Below are positions 13,107 to 26,545 of a DNA stretch of 64,000 bases, one piece after another (position 1 is the first letter of the stretch; every line of letters starts with the position of its first letter). The stretch covers positions 1,302,001-1,366,000 of the forward strand of contig OZ218957.1 in NCBI GenBank assembly GCA_965112735.1, in the 5' to 3' direction. Origin of the DNA: Phaeosaccion multiseriatum. Lineage: Eukaryota; Protista; Ochrophyta, other classes. The notes beneath the pieces were generated by a model that made no database searches, was not told the origin of the DNA, and saw only the letters and a list, made by a program, of their open reading frames with translations. Position numbers and translations under genes: made by a program.

Positions 13107-13790
13107 GGCAGACGGAAGGCAGTCAGGCAGACAGACAGACAGACAGACAGACATACAGACAGACAGATAGCGAGGAGCCCTGCTCTTGACTGGCCCGATA
13201 GACAGATGGCAGGCCTTGACTAGATGCTGGCATTGCCCCTCCCCCCCCCCCTCTCTCCCTCTTTCTCTTCTTTGCAGGTGGACATTTGGAGCTTGGGCAT
13301 CACCGCTCTGGAGATGGCGGAAGGCGAGCCGCCTCTCCTGCACGAGCCCCCTCTGCGTGCCCTGCTGCTCATCAGCATCAACCCGCCCCCCACTCTGGCG
13401 GACTCACAGAAGTGGTCTCGAGGATTCTCTCACTTCCTCAACAAGTACGTCGTAGGAGTGTCGCTCACTTGCTCTATCCATCGCTCGCCTAACTTGCTCT
13501 GTCGCACGCCTCGCCTCGTGCGCACTCCCTCTTTGAGAAGGAGGAAGGCTTGAGTGACTGGGGTGTTTGCCTGCGTGCTTACCTTTTGCTCACTGGCTGA
13601 GCTGTCCTCCCTTTCATTTCAACACAACACGATCCAACACACACACAGGTGTCTAGAGACAGATGTGACGAAGCGAGCGTCCCCTGACCAGCTGCTGTTG
13701 CACCCCTTCATCGCCTCAGCGAGTAGTCAGGAGGACTTCAGCGGGTTTGTCAGGGACATGCTCACAGCTAGAGGCAAGCTTCCAAAGTAG
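10924..13790 (+). CDS. p21-activated (PAK/STE20-family) kinase with CRIB/PBD domain
   Basis: [17 protein letters not shown] + FDGLPPEW. Kinase motifs [58 protein letters not shown]. Stop 13790. Confidence 0.9.
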
Positions 13791-13959
13791 GGACGGAGGG
13801 AGGGAGGGGGGAGAGGGAAGCAGGAGGGACAGGGGAACACCACCCCTCCCGTCTCTTTCAATGTTAAGTAGTCACGTCTATTATGAGGGGTGTACATACA
13901 AGTCCAGAGCCCCTTTGAGTGAATCAATCAACCAATCAGTCAATCAATCAATCAATCAA

Positions 13960-15415
13960 TCAAAGTCCCTGCTGCCGTGTGGCGAGCTTGCGTGCAGTAC
14001 CGAGCTGCACGGCTTTACATCTCTTGGCAAAGTTGAGGGAGCACACAGACTCGCTCTGACTCTGCGGGGCGGGGTTGATGTTGACGAACATGAGGACCTT
14101 AGCGGAAGCCGTCAGAGAGTCTTGCAGCAGGAAGGTCAGCCTAGGCATATAGGCACACAATGGGAGAGGGGAGCGGAGGGCAGAGGGGGGGTGTGGGGAG
14201 GGGAGGGGTGGGGGGAGCGGAGGGAGGGGGGAGGGGAGGGGAAGGGGACAAGGGAGTGGAGTGGAGTGGAGGGGAGGGGAGGGGAAGTGAGGGGGATGGG
14301 GTAAGGGTTAGACGAGCCTGCCTCACCCCTCGCCAGCAGCACCAGCAGTCCGGCAGTGAGCAAGCGACGCCTCGACTCCACTCGACCCCCTCCCCCGACC
14401 TTTTCTTTTCGACACGACTCCTCGATTCGACTCACTTGCTATTTCTGTAGGGCACGTGCTTGGAGGAGGACACTCCGAGGGCGTTGATGACGTCACCGAG
14501 GGCCGACAGAGAGCGGTTGATGTTCTGCGCCTCCTTCAGCCGTTGGCCCTCCGCCGCCGTCGACTTGATGCGCTCTGAGCCTGTGTTGGGGGAGGAGCAG
14601 GAAGCAGGTGTGGGTGTGTGTGAGTGAGTATGGGTGTGGGTGTGTGTGAGTGAGTATGGGTGTGGGTGGATGGGTGTGGTGCGGGGCAATGAATGAAGGG
14701 CAGTGAAAGCATCCATGTCCCTCCCCTTCTCTCTCTTAGTGAAAGCATATCTCTCTCCTTCTCTCTCCCTCTCCCTCTCTCCCTCTCTTTGCCCCTCTCC
14801 CTCCCTCTCCCCCCCTCCGCCCCCCCCTCTCTCTCTACTGTGTAGGGGTAGGCTCTGTACCTGCCAAGTCAATTAGGTTGAGCTTGCCGGTGCTCACGTG
14901 ACCGCTGATCACGTCCATGGCTGTGATGCGAACCTGCTCAGTCAATCGGAGAGAAGAGAATAGGGAGAACAGACGTAAGAGGCAACCTGCTCCAACTTGT
15001 GCCCCCCCCTAATTCACCTTCATCCCCCCTGCCCCCATCCCCCACTCACTTGGAAGACCAAGTGGCTCCTTGAGCTGTGCAAGTTGACGTTGTTGTTGCC
15101 CACAGTGCGGTTCGTGCCCCCCATTGAGATGAGCTCCTCCACCTCGTCGAGGGCTTGCACCTGCGCCACCAAAAGAAAAGAAGGCGCAACATCACAAATA
15201 CGACGGAACGGAAGCCTGATTGAGCTCACCTCCACATGCCAGCAAGCGGCAATCTGCTGCTGTGTTTGACTGCTACTGTGGCCCCTACATGACTCTGCCT
15301 CACCGCCTCACCTCTGTCCCTCACCCTCACCCTCTCCCTAACCACACCCTCACTCTCACGCTCACCCTCACCCTCACCCTCGCCCTCACGCTCACGCTCA
15401 CGCTCACCCTCACCC

Positions 15416-15472
<57 letters not shown>

Positions 15473-15540
15473 TCCTCGCCCTCACTCTCACCCTCCCCCT
15501 CACCCACCTTCATCCTCACCCTCACCCTCACCCTCATCCT

Positions 15541-15603
<63 letters not shown>

Positions 15604-15606
15604 CGT

Positions 15607-15645
<39 letters not shown>

Positions 15646-18268
15646 CTGGCAGTCGACAAGCCCGTCCACATACACCTTTCCCCGCTTGTCCATGCGGATG
15701 TCCAGGCTCTCGTCGCTGCTGGTGTGCTCTCTCAAGAGGTCCTTGATCTTCTCGTTGTACACCTCTAACATGCTCACCTTGAACTGGTTGGGGTTGGTGG
15801 GGTGGTTGGTTGGGTGGTTGGATGGTTGGTTAGTTGGTTGGTTGAGGGGGAGGAGGAGGAGGAGGAAGAGAGGGGGAGGGAGGCCGCCGCGTTAGAGAGC
15901 AAGCAGTAGGCGACGGTGCCATTGGGGCCCTGAAGTGCCATCCATCTTTCTCTATACACCCATAGACTGCCATCCGTGCATGTACCTGGTACTTCTTGGT
16001 GGAGTCGTCCCTCGCCAAGTCGAAAAGTTCCTTCAGAGCGCGGAAGTTCACTCCCCTGAAGAAGAAGAGAGACGGAGAGAGAGAGAGCCAGGGCGTCAGG
16101 CCCGCCGGGACGGGAAAGCTGGTAGGGAGGAGGCCTACCCATGCCTCATGCCCATGACCCATGCCTACGCTTCGTGCCCCTACCCCTTGCTGCTGCACTG
16201 CCGCACTGCTGCACTGCTGCACTGCTGCACTGCTGCACTCCCTCTTTACCTGTCCTGCTTGGGCCCCTCCATGGTGTACGTCTTGCCGCTGCCCGTCTGC
16301 CCGTACGCAAATACACACACATTGTACCCGTTTAAGGACGAGGCCACAACGTGCTGCATCTCCTCAAACACTTGCCCCTGCCCCGTTGAGGGGCTGAACA
16401 CTTGGTCGAACTCATAGGGCGCTCCATAGAAGGAGAGCTTGTCGTGGTCGGGGTAGGTGATGCTCTGCATAGGGTCGTCGTACTCGTCGTCTCTGGCGAT
16501 GGCGGCGAGCTCTTGCTCTTGCAGCGGCCGCAAGCGGCAAAAGACGCGAATGTTGCCCTGGGGAAGCAGGGAAGGAAGGACACAGTAGTACACAGCATAC
16601 AGGACACAGGACACAGGAGACAAGAGACGAGAGAAAAGAGTGAAATAGCATCAAATCGCGAGTCCGCGGAGCTCCTCCCCCTACCCATCGCCCCCGTGTG
16701 TACATCCCCTGCGTACATCCCGTGAGTACATCCCGTGCGTACATACCTGCAGGTCTAGCACCTTCTCGTGTAGCACTCTACGCAGGGCCCTCTCCTTGTC
16801 TGCCTTGTCCCTGAGGCCCTGCATCTGCCCCAAGAGACCTCTGAGCTCTTGCCTCGCCCCCTGCAGCTCGGCCAAGAGGGCGTCATGGTCCCTTAGCGCT
16901 CCTCGGCTGCGCTCCTCCATCTCTGTGAATTGCATCTTGAGTCTACACACGCACACACACACATGCACACACACGCACACACCGGTATGAGTACTCGGCG
17001 GAGTCGTCCGGCACCGGCCCGACACACTGGCCCGACGCTCTCTGACTTCCCTTCCCCTCCCCTCACCTTTCGAGCGAGCCCTCTAGCCCCTCTCGCTCTG
17101 TCTCCACTGTGGCAAGCCGAGCACGGGTGATGGACAGCGCCTCTTCCGCCTCTCGCCGCCTCGCTTCGGATGTGTGCAACTGACGGGAGGAGAGGGGAGG
17201 GGAGGGGGGAGAGGGGAAGGGAGGAAAGGGAGAGGGGAGGGGTAAGACCTTCGCTCCTTCTCCTTTGCTTTCACTCACTCACTCACTCACTCACTCACTC
17301 ACTCACTCACTCACTCACTCACTCAATCAATCAATCACTCACCCCTCCCCCCAATTACTCCCTCACTCACACTCACTCACCCACCCCCCCACTCCCCCCT
17401 TCACCCATCCACCCATCCACCCATCCACCCACCCACCCACCCACCCACTTACTCACTCACCCACCGACCCCACCCCCCCCCCCACGCCACCCATCCACCA
17501 CTCCCTCCCTCACCTCCTGCCGTATCACGGCCACTTGCTCCGAGTCCCTTTTGAGCTCCGCCTCGCTGCCGGCGGAGATGGCAGCAGACGCCTTGGCCTT
17601 GTGCTCTTCAAGAGCGGCCTCCGCCTCCCTGACTTGGCTGCGGAGTGTCTCTTCACGAGCCTGGGCCTTTTGAGCGGCCGTGTACAGCTCCTGGCACTGC
17701 ACGGGCAGCAGAGAGAGAGAGAGAGAGAGAGGGAGCAGACAAGAGAGAAAGAGGCAGAGAATGAGAGAGAGAGAGAGGACAAAGAGACATATACTCTCAG
17801 AGCTTTTCAATATCAATGTCAAGGGGACGAGCACAGCGCCCTGTCGTTTCCTTTGTCCACAACCCGCCGCCGCACCCACCTCGCCCTCAAGCTTGGCCTT
17901 GATAAGAGCCGCCTTCTCTTTCTTCTTGCCAAGCTTGTCCTTGAGCCCCTCGAGCTCCGCCTCCAGCTCCTTTGCGTCCCTCATGCTTCTCTCCTTCTCG
18001 TGCTCTGCGTCTCTCTCGGCCCGCCTCGCGGCCTCCACTTTGGACGAGGCCTCCTCGAGCTGAGCGTGAGCGAAGGAAGGGAAGGGAAGGGAAGGGATGA
18101 CAATACAAAACAAGACCAAATCTCATTTGAGTAGGCGTATCACGTTTGACAACGCGGGAGAAGCGTAGAAAGAAGGTTACATCAGTAGAAGGCCTATCGC
18201 CTTGAGCACCGGTGAAGAACCAGACCAAGGGCAAGGCCAGGTCACACCCACCCACCCACCTACCTACC

Positions 18269-18304
<36 letters not shown>

Positions 18305-19465
18305 AATACATTATATATATGTACATACGCGCACCTTTTTCTTGAGTCTCTCATTCTCTGCTTGGTTGTCCTCGCTGACAACGGGCTGTGCCTTGGCTGC
18401 GGAGAGCTGAGCTGCCGACGACGCGAACTGCTGCGACACTTGTTGCAGCTGCGCCCACATGGACTCCTCCCTGCCCCTCGCCTTGTCGAGCTCCTCGCGG
18501 TGTCGCAGCTCCTTCTGCTCGGCTTGGTCCTGCATCTTGTCGCATCTGCGTTTCCACAGGAGGAGGAGGGGGAGGAGGAGGAGGAGTGGTTTAAGGGGGG
18601 AGGAGGAGGAGGAGGAGGAGGAGGAGTAGAGGAGGAGTAGTAGTAGTAGTAGTAGGAGGAGGAGGAGGAAGAGGAGGAGGAGGAGGAGGAGGAGGAGGAG
18701 GAGTAGGAGGAGAAGGAGTAGTTGAATGGGGGACGAGGAGGAGGAGGAGAAGGGGGGAGGTTGGGAAGGGGGGGGGGAGGAGGAGGAGGCCCGCTCACAT
18801 CGGAGACCGACGGATCAATGACATGCCCGACGACGAACAGGTCCTATTTACTCCCACCGTACAGACACAACAGGGCACGGACCTCTTCTCCGTGGAGTCT
18901 GCCCGCTGCTGCAGCAAGTCTCTTTCCCTCTGCAGAGCTTTGATTGCCGCCTTGTCCTCGTCGTTGCTCTAAAGGATGCACGAACGGGACGCACAAGACG
19001 CAGTAAGAAGCATACAGGGGATCGACCATCCATCCATCCATCCATAGACAGAGGAGGCTCTCAGTCTCACTCATATCGGACGGGTGAGGGAGAGGTGTGT
19101 GTGTGTGTGTGTGTGTTGTGCGTTGTGTGTTTAAGCCGCCACCCACCTTGCTTTCTCCCGTGTTCATCTTCTTTCTGAGAGCCTCAATCTCTCCCTGCGA
19201 CGCTGCCAGCGCCGCCTTCGCCTCCACAAACTCCTTCACGCGGAACACGCACACGCCCCAGCCACACAACACACACAACACACAGCGGGGGCCACAGACA
19301 AAGAGGAGGTGTTCGTTGGTTTGTCTGTCAGCGCTTTTCTCTCCCCCTCTCCAGTCCTCTGCCCCAGAAAGAGGGCAAAGCAAAGCAAAGCTAAGCCCAA
19401 GCCAAGCGAAGCAAACCAAGCCCCCCCTCCTCCGTCCAGCCCATGTACCACACACACACACACAC

Positions 19466-19522
<57 letters not shown>

Positions 19523-21518
19523 TACACACACACACATACACACACACACACACACACCTTCTCCATAGTGGTGGTCTTCTCCCCCCACAGCAACGAGTTC
19601 TTCTTCTCGCTGTTGATGAGGCCCTTCTTCTCCGCCAACTGACTGCGCAGCTCGTCGAGCGAGGCCTCTAATGTGCTCGTCTGAGGCGCCAAGTGATGAG
19701 CGTTCCACGCAAGCAAGGAAGGAGGGAGGGAGGGAGGGAGGGGGGCACACACGGACAACAGTCAAACGCACGCACGCACGCTCGCAGTCCCTTGAGTGCG
19801 AGATAGTTACTCACACACCCACACATCTACACACGCACACACCCACCCACCCTCCCGCCATCACGTCCACCCTAACCTACCCGCCCACTCCCCCACTCCC
19901 CCACTTCCCTGTCCACCCACGCCTACCCACTACCCTACCTGCACACCCACCCACCCACCCATTGACTTAGTACCCACCTTGTCGTGTGCCTTCTGCAGAT
20001 CCGTGGTGAGGCTCGCATTCTCCCTGGACACTTGCTGCAGCGACGCCTCCACCTGCGGCATATGCTCAAGCTGCTCGGAGAGGGCCTTGACCTAAGCGAT
20101 GACAGCCGACGAGCGATGAGCGACAGACAGGCGAGGACGGGCGAGCGCAAGAACGGACATCTCCGAGTGAGCGGCTGACTTGGTTGCCGTCTTTGCCCCA
20201 CTTGGCTGCTGTCGTTGTCTCCCTCCCTCCCTCCCTCCCTCCCTCCCTCCCTCCCTCCCTCCCTCCCTCCCTCCCTCCCTCCCTCCCTCCCTCCCTCCCT
20301 CCCTCCCTCCTCCCTCCTTCCCTACCTCCTCCCTCCTACCTGTTCTTGCTGGGTCTTGAGCTTCTGTGTATAGGCCGTGTCGTCCGCCTCTAGCCTCGCC
20401 TTGCCCCTCCTTAGGATCTGCATCTCCTCCTCCAGCGCCGCTGTGGTGCGAGCCTTAGCCGCTGATAGGTCCTCAAGCTGCGCACGACACACGCACGCAC
20501 ACACGCACGCACACACGTACGCACGCACGAGTAGAGAAGCGATCACAGCGGCGTGGAGCGTGTTATAGGGCAATCGATTATTTGGGCGGGCAGGCGGACG
20601 GACGGGTAGCAGCGGGTAGCAGCGGGTAGAGCGGACAGCAACGGGTAGGAGTTGGAAGCGGCAGCGAGAGCGAGAGAGAGACAACCAGAGAAAGAGGTGA
20701 AGAGAGAGAGAGAGAGAGAGGTGCGTCCTGTAGTGAGTGCCTTACCTCCTTGAGCAGTCTCGTCTCGCTGCTGATCTTTTCCTCCAAGCTCGCTTCTTTC
20801 TCCGCCATCTCTTCGTTCAGCAGGGCCAGCTGCGAACTGAAGCGCTCGTGCATCTGCTCAGGTTAGGTTAGGTTAAGGCATCACAGTAGTTGGTGGTACA
20901 GCACAGCAGTTGGTGATAGAGCACAGAGCCCGACGGACGGGCGGGGGGGGGGGTGAGGCACAGTGAATGCCAGGGACTGCCAGGGACTGTGCCAGAGACT
21001 GAAGCAGGCTAGCGACAGAGGACGCTTCTCACTCACTCACTCACTCACTCACTCACTCACTCACTCACTCACTCACTCACTCACTCACTCACTCACTCAC
21101 TCACTCACTCACTCACTCACTCACTCACTCACTCACTCACTCACTCACTCACTCACTCACTCAATCACTCACTCACTCACTCACTCACCTCATTGACTTG
21201 ATTCTGGGCTTCTTCCTTCTCCCGTTGGAGAACAGCTACCTGCCGTGTGCTGCCATCCTTCACAGCCATCTCGGCCAGCAGCTCATCTCGCTTTGCTTCC
21301 CCTTCCACGAGCTTTGTTTTTAGCTCTCGAACTTGCTCCTAGAAGGGGGGGGGGCAGGAACAGTAACGCAGCAGCAAGCAGCAGTTGGTGATACAGCAAC
21401 ATCGAGAATAGCAGAAATAGTAGAAGCAGAAGTAGGAGTAAGAGTAGTAGTTGTAGGAGGAGGAGGAAAGAGAGGAAGAAGAGAGGAGGAGGAGGAGGAG
21501 GAGGAAGAGGAAGAAGAG

Positions 21519-21550
<32 letters not shown>

Positions 21551-24500
21551 AGAAGAAGAAGAAGAAGAAGAAGAAGAAGAAGAAGAAGAAGAAGAAGAAG
21601 AAGAAGAAGAAGAAGAAGAAGAAGAAGAAAGAAGAACAAGAACAAGAAAGAAGGTATGTGACGCGAAAGACGTGCGTGCATGCAATGCGCAATGCGGGGA
21701 GGTCTGTAACTGCGTAACTGTCATCACCTTGAGGTCCGCGAGCTCTGCAGGCTGGGCATGTTGTGCAGCGGCAGCCATCTCCTCCATCCTTACTGCTTGC
21801 TGGCTGAGAGCTTCTTGGCTCTTCAAGAGCTCCTGTTGAAGCTCCGCAGCCTGTTGCTTGCCTTGCTCTATTTGTTCTTTGACCCTAAGGTAAGGAAGAA
21901 GGAGGAAGGAAGGAAAGAAGGAGGAGAAGCAGCGTGTGGGAATTACTCCACATAGGGTAGAGGGTGCCGGACGCCTCACACTCACACACCTCTACACATA
22001 GAGACACACAGACACACACCTGTACCTACACCTACACACACGCACACACATACACACACAAACACACACACGCACATACACACACGCGCGCGCGGACACA
22101 TACACACATTATACCTTCTGTCCGCTTCCCTCCGCACTTCCGCGAGCTCGAAGTCAAGCTTTGCCCTTAGCTGCTCCTCTTCGGCCTGAGGGACATACAC
22201 ATATTGCGGTCAAATTGGGCAAGCAAACTCCCTGGCCGAGGCTGAGGGGCGTTCTCCCTCCCCTCCTTCTCTCCTCCTCCCCCCTCCCTCTCTCCCTCTC
22301 TTCCCCCCCTCCTTCACTCGCCCCCCCTCTCTCTCCCCCTCACTCCCTCCCTTACTTCCTCTCTCCTCCCTCCCTCCCTCCCTCCCTCCCTCCCTCCCTC
22401 CCTCCCTCCCTCCCTCCCTCCCTCCCTCCCTCCCTCCCTCCCTCCCTCCCTCCCTCCCTCCCTCCCTCCCTCCCTCCCTCCCTCCCTCCCTCCCTCCCTC
22501 CCTCCCTCCCTCCCTCCCTCCCTCCCTCCCTCCCTCCCTCCCTCCCTCCCTCCCTCCCTCCCTCCCTCCCTCCCTCCCTCCCTCCCTCCCTCCCTCCCTC
22601 CCTCCCTCCCTCCCTCCCTCTCTCCCTCCCTCCCTCTCTCCCTCTCTCCCTCCCTCCCTCCCTCCCTCCCTCCCTCCCTCCCTCCCTCCCTCCCTCCCTC
22701 CCTCCCTCCCTCCCTCCCTCCCTCCCTCCCTCCCTCCCTCCCTCCCTCCCTCCCTCCCTCCCTCCCTCCCTCCCTCCCTCCCTCCCTCCCTCCCTCCCTC
22801 CCTCCCTCCCTCCCTCCCTCCCTCCCTCCCTCCCTCCCTCCCTCCCTCCCTCCCTCCCTCCCTCCCTCCCTCCCTCCCTCCCTCCCTGCTCTCTATACCT
22901 GCAGAGCAGACTCTCTCGCCGCTTGGAGCTCGCCTTCATCGGAGTTCTTACTCTCCTTCGCCATCTTCTGCAGCTTTCGCATCCCCTTCTCCTGCGCCTT
23001 TAGTAGGGCCTCCTTGCCCTGAGCGGACGGGAAGGGAAAATGGGAAAGAGGAGCGAAAGCGACGTGTGTGGCCAGGAGGTTTGGGTGTGTAGGGTGGAGG
23101 CAGCAGGACGGACGCTTACGCCACCGCAGGATTGATGTCTACTCTCGTTCTTCCATCAGCACACCGGGGCCACCTGCCAGACACCGGCCACACGAATCTC
23201 GAGCAAACCTACCTGCATTTCTGTCCTCAGCTTGTCCATCTCCACCACCACATCGCCAGCCCTCTTGCTCTCCTCCTCCACAAGCCCCTCCAACTTGGCC
23301 ACCTCCGCTTCTAGCCGTGTCACAGCCTGCTCCTTTGCCGCCCTCTCTCGGTCCAACTTGTCCCTGAGCTTGAGCTGCTGTCTCTCTTGCTTGCTCGCCA
23401 AATTGTTTTTACTCGTCTCCTCCTCCAAGGCATCCTGCTCGTTCATTTGTTCGTTCGTTTGTTCGTTCGTGGGTGGGGTGAGGGAAAGCGAGGCGAGCGG
23501 CAGAACGCGTACGGACGGACAGACAGACGGACGGACAGACAGACGGACAGACGGACAGACGGACAGAAGCACAAACAGACAGAAAGACAGTCAGAACAAA
23601 AACCATCGAAGTGAGGTAAAAGGTCCACCGTCGGTCGCGACCCCAAACCCCTGCCGCTACCGACGCCGCTGCCCACCCACCCACCTCGAGTACGTCTATC
23701 CTGGCCTCGAGCTCTTCCTTCTCCTCGCCGAGCCTCCGAATGGTGTCCTCCTTCCTGGCTACGACGTTGTCCTTGGCGCTCCTGGCCTTGCGCAGCTCCG
23801 CTTTTAGGCGCTGCGCCTCCAGCCTCGCTGTGTGCAGCTCGGCCTCGTCCTCCGGCCCTGTGTCTGGGGTGTGGCGGGGGAGTGGAGGGCTGGGGTTGGA
23901 GATTGGTCTGTCACCATCCCGACGGCTGCGGCAGAGCATACATACATACATACATACATACATAACGTACAGACGGACGGACATGTGTCTGTCTGTGCAC
24001 TCACCCGAGCCCAGATTGAGCACGTCCAAGGTGTCACCCAGACCTCCGCTGTTATTGCTATTAAAGTCAAGCCACGGTGCGGGCTGTTGTGAGGAAAGGG
24101 TGGCGTTGTTGCCGCTTCCCAGCCGATGGTGACCACCGCTGCTGCCGCTCCCCCATGCTGCACTCAATGCCCCTCGACTCGGAACTGCCTTGCCTGCTCG
24201 AATCACGGAGTGTAGGGGTAACAGGGGTAACAGGGGTAAAGGGGGGGGGATGAGGCGATGCCTGAGGAAGAAGGAAGGGCTATGGCGGGACACACCTGCC
24301 GCGGCCGCTGCCTTGCGCTGCTTAAAGAGGTTACGATAGAAGTCGTCTTTGGGGTGCTCCCACGATGACGCTGCCGTCACCTGCGGGGATGGGATTGCGA
24401 GGGTTGATACATCAGGGGTGTGTAATGCGATATGCTGACGGTGAGCTAAGGCTCCATACTCCTTTAAACTGAGGTGGATACCTGATTGTAGTAGTACGGG

Positions 24501-25000
24501 TGGCCGCTATCCTCATCCTTCAGCTGGACCCATCCTTCTGGAAGGGGAGCGAGTAGAGACTCTTCGGCAATCCAGATGTGCTCTTCATCTGCCGGCAAGG
24601 TCATCCCCAACAGGTCGGCATGCTCGCGGATCCTGTGATAATGGGAGGGCAGGCAGCGAAGAGAAGGCGAGCCGGACCACAAGAGATTCGTGAGCGATGG
24701 TCAGATTGAACTTGGCCACAACTTCACCACCGACACCACAGACGAAGCCCAGAGTAAGGAGTACGGCCAGGTGACTCGCCAAGGTCCACTGTGAGACGTC
24801 TCTTCTCACCCTTGCTTGAAGATAGCGTTTGGCACACTCTTGGGCTGCTCCAGTGACGGTTCTAGCCCTCTCATATCGTCTCCTCCAACGCTTCTCGCTC
24901 CTCCTCCCCTCCCATCGTAGTCCCCTCCCCCTTCCAGAGTTGGCTCAAAGGCGAGGTTGAGCAAGTGGTTCTTGGCCGTAGATGGCCGGCGTTGAAGCAT
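13960..25000 (-). CDS. Kinesin-14 (C-terminal motor) with long coiled coil and N-terminal CEP164-like WW domain
   Basis: Motor: [11 protein letters not shown] neck, [60 protein letters not shown]. Many coiled-coil exons 16750..23860. WW: [17 protein letters not shown]...PYYYNQ|[10 protein letters not shown]. Single-gene model inferred from compatible splice sites; not every junction was checked. Confidence 0.8.
15340..15644. repeat. Intronic (CACCCT)n hexamer array, (GTGAGG)n on the sense strand
   Basis: Array starts exactly at a kinesin 5' splice site (CAG|GTGAGG). Confidence 0.95.
21029..21188. repeat. Intronic (CACT)n array, (GTGA)n on the sense strand
   Basis: About 40 tetramer units beginning at donor GAG|GTGAGT. 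Confidence 0.95.
21475..21630. repeat. Intronic (GAG)n/(GAA)n microsatellite
   Basis: Trinucleotide run in a kinesin intron. Confidence 0.95.
22366..22886. repeat. Intronic (CCCT)n array of ~520 bp, (GGGA)n on the sense strand
   Basis: Near-perfect tetramer array just after a kinesin donor. Confidence 0.95.
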
Positions 25001-25207
25001 AGTGACGTACAAAAGACCCGGTTGCTTCCTCCCAGGGGTCTTTCCTCTCCTCACGTCCCCATTGGAGCTGTGTATTGATCGTGTATTAGGTGCTTCCCGT
25101 TACTTTGTGAGTTCTAATTTCTCTGGCCCGTCGTCGGATTTCTGTAACTTTTTTTTTTTTTTTTTTTTTGGCCCGCGAAGAGCGCGCGAGAGAGAGGGTA
25201 GCAACCA

Positions 25208-26270
25208 TGAGAGAAATGACGAGGGACAGAGAGAGGAGGCGAAGTGAGAGGCAAGAGAAGAGATTCATTCGGAAGAAAGAGGAGGAGAAACAGCGACTGA
25301 TTGAAGAAGAGCGAGGGCGCAGAGAGGAGCAGGAGCGACGGGCAGTGGAGGCAGAAGAGCGGCAGAAGAGGGTGAAGGAGCGGGAGCTGCAGCAGCAGCG
25401 GAAACAGGAGAAACGAGAAGCACTCAAGGCTAGGCGAGAGCAGGAGCAGGAGCAGAGGGAGGAGCGGGAGCGCGAGCGTCTGAGAAAAGAAGAAGAAGCA
25501 CTCGCACGCGGCCCTCCTCCACCTGTTGACCTGCCAACGCTTACCCACGCAGTCAAGACAAACGATCTTATCACCGCTGCATACATTGTGGAGGAGGATA
25601 TCGACAATACGTAAGTCTCCCTACCACACCACTCGCATCGCCCTCACTTTGCCCACACCAACAGTCTCGCCGCTCACTTCGCCTCCCACTCCCGTCTCCC
25701 TGCAATATAGCCTTGTGAACCGGGCCTCAGGCAAGGCCAAGTATACGGCTTTGAGCTGGGCAGTGCTGTTTGGACACATGGAAATGACTGAGATGCTACT
25801 GCAGGCCGGTGCAGACTCTGAGGCAAAGGATTGCTATGGGATGCGCCCAATACATCACGCAGGTAGTCACGCACGTGTGTATGTGTGTGCGTGTGTATAT
25901 GTATGTATGATGGAGGGGGTGGGTCTTTGTCGCTCTGCTTTCCCGTTTGTTGACACGGATATTCTTTCTCCCACCTCTACTCCGCACCACAGTCAACTCG
26001 AACAACCCTGAGGTAGTCAGGATGCTCTGTGAACACGGATGTGACGTCAGCGCCGAGGACCTCACGTTCTCCACGCCCCTCATCATGACCCAAGAGAGGG
26101 ACCGGATGGTCCTTCACGGGACCCAATGCAGACAGGTCTGAGGTGTGAACGAAGAAGCACAACCCCAATGCTTTACCTTACGTCCCCTCACCATGTGGTT
26201 TTGTCGGCAGATGGCGCGATGGCTGAATCTCGCTGCAGAACAGCAGCTTTACCGCACGGTGAAAAAGTAA
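25208..26270 (+). CDS. Coiled-coil plus ankyrin-repeat protein
   Basis: E/R-rich N-terminus, then ankyrin repeats YTALSWAVLFGHMEMTEMLLQAGAD, GMRPIHHA, NNPEVVRMLCEHGCDV. Four exons, stop TAA 26268-26270. Confidence 0.75.
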
Positions 26271-26545
26271 GGGGCCTGCTGCTTGCACAAGGAGGACGGA
26301 CGTAGGAGAGAGAGAGGCCGGCGTCTCGGCTCCACAGGTAAGCGGTCTAAAGGCTTTGCTACGTACTTCGAAGCAGTAATTAATTAAATAAGTCCAATAT
26401 CCTACTTACTTACAGGCTGGTGGTGCCAGCTCAGACAGACTGCAGCCCCCTTGGCTGGACGTCGCGATCAATGTCATGGGAGGGAGTTTGAACCCTCCGA
26501 TCTTCGCCCCCCCTCCCCCGCCCCATTCCTCCTTCCGCGCGACAT

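Noticed and set aside
20859-20878. (TTAGG)n telomeric repeat
   Set aside because: Only three copies inside an intron, consistent with general microsatellite noise.
22161-23003. Long repeat ORFs such as (PPSL)n, (GGRE)n, poly-V/C/L and (SVCL)n throughout the window
   Set aside because: They are stop-free translations of intronic microsatellites bounded by GT-AG splice sites, not proteins.
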